From Mobula hypostoma (taxonomy: Eukaryota): a stretch of 64,000 bases of DNA. The notes beneath the pieces are model-generated. The model had not been told where the DNA came from. It saw nothing but the letters and a program-made list of their open reading frames with translations, and made no database searches. Positions within the stretch are counted from its first letter, which is position 1. Each line of letters starts with the position of its first letter. This document shows positions 12,759 to 25,104 of the stretch, one piece after another. The DNA is taken from positions 107,138,001 through 107,202,000 of the forward strand of contig NC_086107.1 in the NCBI RefSeq assembly GCF_963921235.1. The letters are read 5' to 3'. The translations under genes were made by a program, and so were the position numbers.

Positions 12759-12852
12759 CTATTGGAAGAGGTACAGTTGACGTTTCGGGCCGAGAACCTT
12801 CATCAGGATGAAGGGTCTCGGCCCGAAACGTCAACTGTACCCCTTCCAATAG
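12759..12852. repeat. Near-perfect palindrome of Penelope pLTR sequence (46-bp arms, 2-nt spacer)
   Basis: 12759-12804 versus reverse complement of 12807-12852: 44/46 identical by manual comparison. Confidence 0.92.
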
Positions 12853-13856
12853 GTGCTGCCTGGCCTGCTGTGTTCACCAGCAACTTTTATGTGTGTTGCT
12901 TGAAATTCCAGCATCTGCAGATTTCCTCGTGTTTGCGTGGAGAGCATTCTATCTGGTTGTATCACCATCTGGTATGGAGGGGCCACTGCAAAGGATCAGA
13001 AAAAAAACTCAGCCTTCTCCATCATGGGCACCAGCCTCGCCAGCGTTGAGGGCATCTTCAAAGGGCAATGCCTCAAAAAAAAAGGTGGCACTCTTCCGTA
13101 AGAACCCCCATCACCCAGCTCTTGCCCTCTTCTCACTGATACCCTCAGGGAGGAGGTAAAGGAGCCTGTAGCTACACACTCACCATTTTAGGATCAGTTT
13201 CTTCCTCTCCGCCAACAGCTTTCTGAACGGACAGTGAAGCAACCCATCAACGCTACAACACTCTCTGTTGCTCTCTTTTTGCACTACTGATTTAATTTAT
13301 TTTTCCTTGTCGTATTTTAGTTTTTTAGATGTACTGCACTGTACTGCTGCCACAAAACCACGCACTTCACAATATAAGCCAGTGATATTAAACCAGATTC
13401 TGATCTGATTCTGACTACTGGGAGAACGATGTTACATCCTCTGGGAGAGACGTTCTCAGTCTTCAATCCTGACTGGATCTCAGAGAGAATGCCATGGCCC
13501 AGAGGTGAGGAATGAACCCATGGACATTAAACTATTCAGTCACTGGATTATGGCACTGGGGTCTTGTAAATTTCTGCAGATATATGGGGAGAGCATTCTG
13601 ATTGGTTGCATCACGGCCTCGTATGGAGCTTCCAATGCAAAGGATTGCAAAGGGGCCACCGGGGGCTGTAGATTCATCCATTTCCATCACAGGCACAAAC
13701 CTCACCAGCATTGAGGACATCTTCAAAAGATCAAGAAGGGGGCATCCATCAATAAAGATCCTCACCATCCGGAAAAAGCCCCCTTCACACTCACTACCAT
13801 CCGGGTGGAGTTACAGGAGCTTGAAGACCCACACCCAATGTTTTAAGAATAGCTTC

Positions 13857-14842
13857 AGTACTGCCCTGGTTCAATTTTTTAATGTTATGCTGTATGTATT
13901 TCATTTTGGCAGCTCGGTAAGAGCAGTCTGTTCTGTTTTCAGCTTGTTTGGGTTACTGTTGAAGATAAGAGATGAGGAGAATTGTGTGCCATCCAGTTAG
14001 GATGGTCGGATTGAGGGGAGGTTTCTCTTTGGTGAGGGACACTATGGTTGGGCTTGGGGTTTTTGGTTCGAGGGGAGATGAAGAGAGAAGACACTGGGGA
14101 GAACCGGTTGTAGCATGTGATCTGGTGGGAGACCCGTTTGTTCGAGATGGATTGCGAGCGACGTTCGGAAGATGGTGTGTGCTCTCACGTTGACCGAGGG
14201 CCCAGCATGTGAGTGATAGAGAAGTCCAAGATGAGCTCCAATTTGTGCACGTTTGACTGTTTCATTAGAATGGGCCCTTCTCTTTTTGTTATTCTTTACT
14301 AACCCTTTCGTTAAGATTCATAAATATGATGGATAGTCAGAGGTTTTTTCCCAGGGCTGAAATGGCTGCCACAAGAGGACACAGGTTTAAGGTGCTGGGG
14401 AGTAGGTACAGAGGAGATGTCAGGGGTGAGTTTTTTACTCAGAGTGGTGAGTGCGTGGAGTGGCCTGCCGGCAATGGTGGTGGATACGGTAGGGTCTTTT
14501 AAGAGACTTTTAGATAGGTACATGGAGCATAGTAAAATAGAGGGCTATAGGTAAGCCTAGTAATTTCTAAGGTAAGGACATGTTCAGCACAACTCTGTGG
14601 GCTGAAGGGCCTGTGTTGTGCTGTAGGTTTTCTATGTTTCTATGCTTTCTATGTTTCTATAATTTCTTTAATCCTATGGAGTCTACTGTCCGTTATTTTG
14701 TGGCATTAATTAGTAACAGGGTAGCAAATGTCCCAGCATCCACACAAACCGGGGTGTGGGGTGGGATCGAGCGCGTCTCAGTCTCACAAGTTTGGTGGGT
14801 TTGGAGGTAGACTTATGCAGCCAAGGAAACCGGGGTGTTTCA
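13857..14842. mobile_element. Solo LTR with 4-bp TSD (CTTC), inserted in a Rex1-type tail and itself interrupted by a CR1 fragment (about 14328-14660)
   Basis: Host reads ...aagaatagCTTC|agtactgccctggttc ... gaaaccggggtgtttca|CTTCtttccctccgccatc. The ends are imperfect inverted repeats finishing in CA. Confidence 0.7.
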
Positions 14843-14919
14843 CTTCTTTCCCTCCGCCATCGGATTTCTGAATGGTCCATAAGCCATAAACGCTACCTCG
14901 TTAATCGTCTTTTGCACGA

Positions 14920-15940
14920 TTATAGAAGAGGTTTACCTGGATGCTGCCTGGTTCAGAGGGGACGAGAGGCTGGACAAACTCGGGTTGTTTTCTTTGGAGC
15001 GGTGGAGACTGAGGGAAGATCTGATAGCAGTTTATAAGCTTATGGGAGGCATAGACAGAGTAGACAGGGAGTATCATTTTCTCAGGATAGAAATATCTAA
15101 TAGGAAAGGGCATGCATTGAAGCTGGGGGGGAGGGGGTAATTTTTTTTACTCAGAGAGTGGTGGATGCCTGGAATGTGCTGCCTGGTGTGGTGGTAGAGG
15201 CAAATACATTAGAGGCTTTTATGAGACGTTTAGATAGGCAGATGGATGTGAGGAAGATGGAGGGATATGGACATTGTATAGGTATGAGGGATTTAATTTT
15301 TTGGGTTTTTAAAAAATTATTTTTTAGTTAGTTCAGTACAACATTGTGGGCCGAAGGGCCTGTTCCTGTGTTGTACTGTTCTATGTTCTATTAATACAGA
15401 ACATAGAAGGCACAGTACAGTACAGGCCCTTCAGCCCACAATGTTGTGCTAACCTATATACATCTATTCCATGATCAACCTAACATTTCCCTCCTACACA
15501 GCCCATAACCTTCCATTTTCCTTACATCCATGTGCCGACTCAAGAATCTCTTAAATTTTCCTATTTCCTAACCCCATCCATAAGTTCCAAACATCTACCA
15601 CCCTTGTGAAAAAATGTACCTCTTATATTTCCCCTAAACTTCCCTCTATTTATCTTACTTTCTCTGGTATTGATCATTGTTATCCCGGGAGAAAAAAGGC
15701 TATCCATTTTATCCAAGCCTCTCATAATGTTATGCACCTCTAGCAAGCCCCGCTCCACAGAAAGAAACCCCAGCTCACTCAACCTGTCTCTCATAAGACA
15801 TGCTCACTAATACAGCAGCACCCTGGTAAATCTCCCCTGCACCCTCTCGAAAGCTTCCCCATCTTTCCCATAATGAGGCGTCCAGAAATGAACACAAAAT
15901 TCCGAGTGTGGTCAAACCAAGGGAACTTTATAGAGCTTAC
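14920..15940. mobile_element. Two tail-to-tail CR1 3' fragments (14920-15392 +, 15396-15940 -)
   Basis: CR1 C-terminal remnants (RLSELGFLS.ER...) and opposed gggccgaagggcctgt / acaggcccttcagccc hairpin tails. Confidence 0.75.
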
Positions 15941-16194
15941 TTTTGTAATTTAGAACAATTTTTATGTTCTATATTGTACTATAGCGGCAGCTCAATATTG
16001 AATGCATCACAACTTATATACTTAATATACTATATAATATAACTACTGTACAGACTTCGAAAGCATAGTAAATTTTATATTGTTCTATTCAGCTCAACAC
16101 CACCTTCTCAAGGGCAACTAGGAATGAGCAATAAATGCTGGTTTAACTGACATCCTGTAGATGAATAAATAAAAAAAACAAATTTCACAACTTA

Positions 16195-19100
16195 CACTCA
16201 GTAGCCACTTTATGAGTTACACCTGTACACCCGGTTAATGCGAATATCTAATCAGCCAATCATGTGGCAGCAACTCAATTGCATAAAAGCATGCGGACAT
16301 GGTCAGGAGGTTCAGTTGTTGATCAGACCAAACATTGGAAAGGGGAAGAAGTGCGATCTAAGTGACTTTGACCGTGGAATGATTGTTGGTGCCAGATGGG
16401 GTGGTTTGAGTATCTGAGAACCTGCTGATCTCCTGAGATTTTCACACACAATGGTCTCTAGAATGGTGAGAAAAACAATCAGAGATTGGCAGTTCTATGG
16501 GTGAAAGCTCCTTGTTGATGGGAGAGGTCAGAGGAGAATGGCCAGACTGGTTCAAGCTGACAGGAAGGTGACAGTAACACAAATAACCACTGGTTACAAC
16601 AGTATTGTGCAGAAGAGCATCTCTGAAAGTACAACATGTCAAACCCTGAAGTGAATGGGCCACAGCAGCAGAAGACCATGAACAGACACTCAGTGTTTGT
16701 TATATTTTATAACTCCAAAGCATAAAATTAATCAAAAGAAAAACAAGGGAGACAGGAGATAAGTGTAAACATCATTTTAGTGAGGGACGCATATAGGATG
16801 CAGCAGCGTACAAATGTATTCACGAACTTTTACATATGAATTATGTAAACATCAAAGAATGCTTCATCAAACAACATATTTATAATATTACTCAAAATTA
16901 CTGAAATATTAAATACACAACATTCTGCTTAGCTAAAAACTCCAACTCAATATGGAATGCATCTCAGCCTATAAATATATATATATAGTATACTATATAG
17001 AAATCCATAGCACAGTAAATTTTATATTGTCCTATTCAAGATAATATGAAGATTTAATCACTGAGGAGGATTTCTTAATCTTTTGGGATAACGTCTTTCC
17101 TGCCAAGAGGGATCACTCTACTTGGCAGGTGAAACTTGTGGCTGTGAAACGATCGCAGGTTTTGGGGCCTCCTCCGTGGTCGTTGTAGGAGATGATTCTG
17201 GGACTGCAGGAAGTGGTTCTGTCAGCTCTGAACACCTTTCTTCTGGACGTGTTGCCATCCCGCACAGTGCAGGGCAAGATGCTCGTCCCTTCCATCTATC
17301 CCAGGCCACCAGACAAAGCTTCAAGCCAACACTTTCACTTTGACCATGCCTAGATGACTGTCATGAAGCTCCTTCAACATTTTAACTCTCAGCTTGGACG
17401 GTACAACGACACTTAACCTCACATAAGGCAACCTCCATCAAAGGCAAGTTCATTCCGGCGCTGTTAAAAATTGGGGGTACAGAAGCTTCTTCTGCATATT
17501 CCAGCCATTTTGGGCAGCCATGTAGAGCTTAGACAGTGTGGAATCTTTCCTGGTTTCCCTTTGGATCGTCTCTGCTGTAACAGGGAGACTTTCAAATTGT
17601 ATTAGGGAAAATATGTCATGAGGAATGTCCTCTTTTGTATATGTTTCAGGTATTTTCTTTTCCAAGGGTAAACAGGACAATCTACCAGCATCTCCTGAAT
17701 TCAATCTCGATACTGCGTCCCCAAGAGCAGAGCCTAACTCTGCATTTGTGCTGCTGTTGTTAGTGGAACACCCCTCTGAGGACTGAAAATGGATACCAGT
17801 GGTTGATGATCAGTAATGAGGATACGCACTGTTCCATACAGGTACTGGTTGAAATGCTTTACACCCCAAACCAGATTTACTGCCTCTCTCTCAATCTGTG
17901 CATGATTTTTCTCTGCAGCAGAAAGGGCATGTGATGCAAAGGCTACAGGGTATTCACTTCCATTACTCCAAACATGTGACATGACTGCATCTATACAATA
18001 AGCAAGGCATCACAGGCAAATTTCACTGGTTGATGTAGGTCCTAGTATGTGAGTACAGAGTCTAAAGTCACCATTTCCTTCGTCTTTTGGAAAGGTACCT
18101 CACACTGCTTTGACCATTGCCATTTCTTCCTGATCTCTAGTAACGAGTTCCAGGTTGGAGCACAGTAGCCATGTTTGGCAGAAACCTGTTATAGTAATTG
18201 ACAAACCCTAAGGACTGCAACTGTGACACATCCTTTGGCCTTGGGGCATTCAGCACTGCTTGAATTTACTTGGCACACTTGGGTAATTCTTGTGCGTCAA
18301 TGGTGTGACGACAGTCAGTGATGCTTGGTTTAAAGAATTTTCATTGTTGCATTGTGCTGTGAGCGCATAATCTTCTAATCTTGAAATTTTGGAGATGTCC
18401 CTCGTCACCCTTACCAATAACAATGATGTCGTCCAGGTAACAATGAGTGCCTGGACAGTCTTGCAGTCATGGCTGCCTGAGTGCAGGAGCAGAGCTACCC
18501 CAGAGACAAGCCTATTGCAGCAATAAGCCCTTTGTGAGTGTTTATGGTGAGAAACACCTCAGGCTCTTCTTCCATCTCCCATCTGTAGGTAAGCCTCAAC
18601 TAAGTCCACTTTGCTGAAGCGCTTTCCTCCAGAAAGGTTTGTAAAGATATCCTCAATCCTGGGCAGAGGGTATTGATCTACTTTCAGTACTGGATTGATG
18701 GTGACCTTAAAATCACCACAGATCCTGACAGACGTATTCTTCTTGGCTACTGGAACCACTGTCATCGCCCGTAGGCTCCGCTCAGCCTGTGAAAATAAAT
18801 TCCATCAGCCTCCATCAATCGAGCTCACTGACTTCTTTATCACAGGTGGTATAAGACTTGTAAAACTTAGGTGTGGCTTTTTCAGTTAGCATTATTTTAT
18901 CCTTGATATGTTTAAGTCTTCCAATGCCGTCCTTGAACACTGCTGTGGCATCGTCCTGTACCTTTCTTAATTCGCTTTCAGTTGACTCTATTGCAGGGGA
19001 TGTTGCGTGCAAATGGAAGATGGATCCCCAATCAAGGTGTAATTGTCCCAGCCAATCATGACCCCATAATGCTGGCTTTCCTCTTTTTAACCACACACAA

Positions 19101-20786
19101 GCTCAATGTGGCTTGTTGGTTGTTGTACTTCATTGTTATGAATGTCATTCTCACAGGAGTTATCTCTTCTTCAGGATAAGTCCTTTGTTGGATATCTGCA
19201 GGCTTCAGTTCAGTCTTTGAAATGCTGTTCAAACTCATTTTGTGGATGACTGAAATAGCCGAGCCAGTATCCGATTCCATTTTAATTAATGTGCCATTCA
19301 CGTCCAGTGTAAGCCATATTGCTTGTCTATTGTTAGCTTCTACACTGTGAATCTTAAAGCTACCCAGCCTTGTGTCACTCTCATCCTGTTCAGATTTTTC
19401 ATCAACGGCATTCAGATTAATTCTCTTTCTGATACTGCAACTTGACTTTTTATATTTTTCTCTTCCCTGTTCAGTCCTTTCATTTTTGTCTGCCCAGCAT
19501 GCTCTTTTGCATGTGTCCTGTATTGCTGCATTTAAACCTGCATTGGACTGGTGTACGTGAGCTCCTGCTATAACAGTAATACCATGTGTTCAGGCAAGCG
19601 GTTTTCTGCTTAGACATTGCAATTTTGTTCACGTTCACTTTCATTCCTGACTGTATCTCTGTGTGCAGTTTCCATTGATACAGCAATTTCAACTGCTGTT
19701 TTAAATGTGAGTTGTGCTTTAGTTAGGAGACATTTTTGATTGCTTTCCACAAAATAAATGATTTCTCAGTTCACCATTATGCCCATTACTGAATTGACAA
19801 TGCTCAGACAACTTCTTCAGTTCAGCCACTTACCCCTCCCTCTTGATTCCACTTATGAAACCTAAAGCGTTCTGCAATCAGCAATGGTTTCAATTCTAAA
19901 AGTTCCTGCATTACTTTCACGATATCAGCAAAGCTCATTTCAGCTGCTTTGGCTGGAGCAGTCAAACTTCTTAGCAAACTATATGCCTTTCCACCTATTT
20001 CATTTGCTTCAAAATACTGCTCAATTTACTGAGTATGCAATATCCAGTTATCTGTTGTGCAATCGAATGCATCTATCTTTCCAATGTAGCTAGCCTTTCT
20101 TCTTCTTCTTCTTCTACTTAATTGGTACTCAGTATTTATGAAGCTGTGAATTTCATTAATTTTCTGCCTTTTTTTTAACTTCGTTGTCTCTCTCTCTTCC
20201 TCCTTCCAAAGAAACACATATTGAACCATCTTTTTTTAAAAACTCGAATGCCTCACTGTGCTTTTTTAAACTCGAACATCACACAGCGCTTTTGTTTAAC
20301 TCGAAGTCTTGCTGTCCTTCAACAGGTAGGTTGTCATCTCAGGTTGATTTAAAACTTCCTTGTCAACACTGTTATGTTTTGTAACTCCAGGAATTAATCG
20401 AAAGAAAATCACAGGAACCTGGGAAAATGTGTCGACTTCGTTTTACCTTTGTGAGGCGCTCACATATGATGTGCTGGCTTAATATCGTATACCATTCAAG
20501 TACTTCTTACATAAACTCAAAGCATAAAACAAATTGAAAGAAAAACATGAGAGCTTAAGAAATGTGCATAAACCTCATTTTTCTTTACCGAGGTGTGTAC
20601 AGAAAATGTAGTGGTGTGAAGATGTATGTCATTCAGGTACGTTTACATATAAGCCATAATGAATTACGTAAACAACAAAGAATGCTTGATCAAACAATAT
20701 ATTTACAATATTACTGAAATATTTAATACGCAACAGTGACCACTTTATTAGATACAGGAGGTACCTAATAAAGTGGTCACTGAGTG
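16195..20786 (+). mobile_element. Non-autonomous Tc1/mariner element (body 16195-16697 and 20736-20786) split by a Gypsy insertion
   Basis: TA|cactcagtagccactttat ... ataaagtggtcactgagtg|TA TIRs with TA TSD; remnant transposase N-terminus (DLSDFDRGMIVGAR). An uninterrupted partial copy lies at about 34520-34803. Confidence 0.85.
16698..20735 (-). mobile_element. Decayed Gypsy/Ty3 (Mag-like) LTR retrotransposon: gag, protease, RT, RNase H and partial integrase, with both LTRs
   Basis: LTRs TGTTAT...CAACA at 16698-16922 and 20370-20735. Remnants: gag IGKIDAFD; protease DTGSAISVI; RT VRICGDFKVTINP...PLPRIEDIF and CYLDDII (about 18421-18443); RNase H PVAFASHALS...ITDHQPL; integrase His region about 17340-17420. 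Degenerate PBS next to 20369; degenerate 5-bp TSD GTGTT/GTGAC. Confidence 0.92.
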
Positions 20787-20951
20787 TATGTCAGTGTTAA
20801 TAAACTTGATTCTGATCTTATTCCTCTCTTTTTGAACCACTGCTGTTTGTCGGAGAGTCTTAGACAGATAAAACACAGTAGATGACAAGTTGGCCTGAAG
20901 AGTCCACTCTATCCATTTCCACACCAACCCTACCCTAATGTTCTCCAAGAA

Positions 20952-21160
20952 AACCACAACCTTGTCATATTGTTTGGAGGCTTGCATGCCTTAATGACCT
21001 AGAGAACAATGTTGGCTGGAGTCAGGGCTTTATGCTTTGGCTCTTGGTAGGGTCACCCATGCCAAACAGGTCAAAGGGTAGAAGCCAGGCTAAGAGTGGT
21101 CCACCAGTCCTCCAAGTTCGGGGGTTCAGCTTCGGGCTAACAACCCCGACTGGTCAAACC
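20952..21160 (+). mobile_element. RTE/Expander-like 5'UTR-derived element; related copy at about 36270-36635
   Basis: ttatgctttggctcttgg...gggtcacccat...gggttcagct.cgggctaa.aaccc shared between both copies. Confidence 0.55.
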
Positions 21161-21589
21161 ACAGTCTTCCATTCCAGGCAATATCTTGAAAATGGAGGGT
21201 AGTGTGAACTAATGTCAGATTAAATTAATGAGCAAAGGCTGGTGCATAGCAAGGGTGCTGTGTCTCTCGGAGAATTTATGACTCTATAACTCAAAGAACG
21301 GAGACACTGTGTTGTGGGATATTGATTCCAGAGAGTGCGGGACAGGTTGGAAGCCCCAAAATTTCATGGGTGTGGGAGGCATGAATTAAGAAGGGTAACC
21401 TTGTTCTTCAGACCCACAAGGATCCTTAAAAAAGACCACAACCCCCTGCCACCAGATATTCTGGGTAAGATGATGTCACTGAAGATGAGTGACGGCCTAC
21501 TGGTAAATCATAAGGCAAGTGATTTGACTAAAAGAATTACTTTTAACATCTTTTCTGAAGCAAATTGTGATGAACTATCATCACAGACA

Positions 21590-22296
21590 GTGAGGAGGCA
21601 GGCGGAGGTGAGGCTGGTTCGGGAGATGAGCCATACTGGGGCACTCTGAGGCAGAATGTGTTTGTGCCGGAGTAGCAGATGGAGTTCGAATCGCTGCAGG
21701 AGCTGGAGTGAGCGATTTGGCGAGGAGTCAATGTGGAATAGTTTTGATGCTCGTCCATGGTGCGAGGTTGGATTGCTCCAAGCACTGAGCCAATTTGGTG
21801 AGATTGAGTATGGCTTCGAGTTGGATGGCCCAAGTGTATCAGGGCACCTGGATCCAGATCTTCACATGTGGCACTACCCGGTGCTTGGACAATTTAAACG
21901 CTGGCACAGATAGACTGGAAACCCGAGGCTTGGGCTGATTTCACTCGTTCTTCTACAAACGTTCGTTCCCTTCTGTGCGGCGCTGAGGCTGTGAACTGAG
22001 CCGGCTGCAGTGCGTTTCTGCCCCGCTCATGGAAAGAACTGTAGCTGAGGCTTGGGTCCGGCTGCTCTGGGAGCGGATCTGGACCCAGCCTGTTTCAGAA
22101 TGCTGTTGGCTTGCTTCCATTGTTTGCACGATGTGTGTTTTATCTTATCTTGCTTTCCCTGTGCAGTAGTTTTTGGTCTTTTTTCAATTTGGGTCATTCC
22201 GGTTTCTTGCTTTGTGGCTGCCTGTGAGCAGATAAATTTCAAGGTGTATAATTTATACATTCTTTGATAATAAATGTGCTGTGAATCCTTGAATCT
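21590..22296 (+). mobile_element. Probable non-autonomous LINE-derived element with Rex1-type 3' tail
   Basis: 3' end gcctgtgagcagataaatttcaaggtgtata...gataataaat...(ttgaatc)n resembles other tails in the window. The GC-rich body has a hairpin at about 22047-22091. Confidence 0.5.
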
Positions 22297-24124
22297 TGGG
22301 GCCACTTGAAACCTTCTTGGCAGTGCCCCACTTTTGAGGTTTGTAAACAATTGGGGTGAATGTCTAGGAGCTAGGAGGGCAAACTCTTCAGCTTCATTCC
22401 TACTCCGGGAGCAGTGCGGTAGTGCAGTGGTTAGTGCAGCCACTTTACAGCCCAATGATCACTGATTGGGGTCCGATTCCTGCCACTATCAGTATGGATG
22501 GTGTACGTTCTCCCCGTGACTGTGTGGACTTCCTCCCTGTGCTCCAGTTTCCACCCACAGTCCAAAAATGTAGAATTAGGGTTACTAAGTTGTGGAGACA
22601 CTATTTTGGTGCCAGAAGCGTGGCAGCACTTGTTGGCTGCTCTCAGCACAATTCTTAGTGCAAAACAATGAAATTCACTAAACGTCTTGAAGTTTCGCTG
22701 TGCATGTGAGAAATAAAGCTGATCCTTTCTTCTTCATCTTCTGCTGGATGAGTTCATGGGTGGGCTCTCCACGCTTCCGTACAAGGAAATCCAGGTACAA
22801 GCATTAATGCTCCCCTAATCCCATCACCTAGCGTACAACTGCATCTTGTATTTCTATAGCACCTTGGAATGCTTCACCAAACCGACTGTCCTGATATTAT
22901 GGAAAATGACCAAAATCCTGGCCAGAAGTTAAAGGAGGAGGAAAAGCTGGGAAAGATTAGCGAGGGAACTCCAGAGCCCAAGGCTTGGACAGCTGTTAAA
23001 AGGGAGACCCATCAGAATTGGAGGGCTGAGAGTTTTTGAGGGATCTGGTGCTGGAGGGCGCCAGGGAAAGAGGGAAGAATAAATGCAAGAGGGATGGATA
23101 GAAAGCTTATAAATAGAATGGACTAGAAATAGTCCTGATGAAGGGTCTTGTCCTGAAACAGTGGCTGGTTATTCCTCTCCATAGATGCTGCTTGACCTGC
23201 TGAGTTCTTCCAGCATTTTGAGTGTGTTACAAATAGAAGTTTTGCTTATAAAGGTGCTGCTGGCAATTGTGATCTAACTGAGACAAATCCGAGCAATGCT
23301 GAATTATGCACCGTCTCACCTGACGACATCTCCATGTGATTAGGGTTAATTGAAACTGTTTGCACTGCGGCCTCGCTCTGCCACTTAAGCATGAGGCCCC
23401 AATTCATTTAAGCAAATTGTCACTAGCATTAAATCAAAGCAAAGAAGGATAACTTTGCAAACCTGGGCTTCCTTGGTTGGAGATCATGGCCTGGTATGGA
23501 AACACCAATGCCCGAGAATGGAAGAGCCTACAAAAAGTACTGGATACAGCCCATAAGCAGGAGGAAGTCTGCAGATGCTGGAAATCCAAAGCAACACACA
23601 CAAGATGCTGGAGGAACTCAGCAGGTCAGGCAGCATCGATGGAAAGGAATAGACAGCCGGCGCATTAGGCTGAAATCCAAAACGTCCTGAAGAAGAGTCT
23701 CAGTCTGAAAAGTGGATTATCTATTGATGCTACCTGACCTGCTGAGTTCCTCCAGCACTTCGTCCATTACAGAAAAATCTCCCTCCATCATTGTGCTGCC
23801 ACAAGAAAGCAGCATCCATCATCAAGGTCCTTCACCATCCAGGCCATGCCTTCTTCTCACTGCTACCATCAGGCAGGAGGTACAGGAGCCTTACCACCAG
23901 GTTCAGGAACAGTTATTACCCCTCAGCCATCAGGCTCCTGAACCAGTAACTTCACCCACCTCAACTCCGAACTGATTCCACAACCTGTGAACTCACTTTC
24001 AAGGACTTCACAATTTATGTTTTCAGTATTATCCATCTTTTTTTTTAATTTTATTTTTATTTGGATAAGGACTTCACAAGTACCATGTACTTTTTTCACA
24101 TGTAGTATTATCCATCTATATATC

Positions 24125-24660
24125 CGGGGTGCATGTGGTGTCCAGGGAGGGGTAGCACCTCTGATGAAGGGGCTTGTCATGTTCATTCCAGGGCAGCTCA
24201 TTCACCTTTGATGCACACCAGATACACAACTCTCGCCTGGGGCTCCAAGCAGCTGTTTGTACGTGACAGCGGCCACACCCCAGTACACGATCTCGACAGG
24301 TGAGATAAGCCGGGGGAGGGTAGCTGGTGGCCTCATACCACGGTGAGATAGGGACACGCCTGTCCTAGCATGCAAAGTCAGCTCAATGGACTGGGTGGAT
24401 GAGATCAAGAGGAAGATCCAACGGCCAGGAAGAGCGGTTCTGCTACTCCGTGGAGAGCGAGGGGCATGACCAGGCACAGAGAACGTCATGGTCATCCACT
24501 GCAACCAAGAAAGACCCCAGTTTGCGACTCTTGTTCATATCACTAAACCTGGACTTCTGAGGTTGAGAGAGTGGAACTGTCCTATTGCAAAGTTTTACCA
24601 CTTTAAAAACTCTCTGCACAGGTTTCTTGTCGTCGTCAGACACGACGGGCACCACCACCA
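24125..24660 (+). mobile_element. Non-autonomous RTE-like element; a second, interrupted copy at about 37165-37285 plus 37682-38030
   Basis: gggtagc.cctctg.tgaaggggcttgtcatgt and gcctcatacc...gatagggaca.gcctgtcctagcat shared between copies. Confidence 0.6.
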
Positions 24661-25104
24661 TCTTTTTTCTGTTTACTTATTTTTGTATTTTCACTGTTTG
24701 TCCTTTGCACATTGATTGTTTGTCAGTCTTTGTGTGTAGTTTTTCATTTCATTCTGTGGCAGTTATTCGTTCTATTGTGAATGCCTGCAAGAAAATGAAT
24801 CTCAGGGTAGTATATGTATATGCGTGCGTAATTTGATAATAAATTCACTTTGAACTTTGTACACTGAAGATCTGGGGCAAAGTTTTGGCCAGGTCCTGTA
24901 ATACCCTTGCTTATATCTACCAATTCCCAACAAGGAAAGGGGATTCATGCATTAATCCAACCTAGACTGCCTGGTGGAATGCATGCGTGGGAGGTGAGAG
25001 TTTGCCACCTCTCTCTATCCCTCCGCTTGAAGGGCTGCTCCTCAGGGTTTTGTACTACTTTAGCCCTGGTGCTCTGCTCTTGGAGTGGATGGGATGGTGG
25101 AGGA

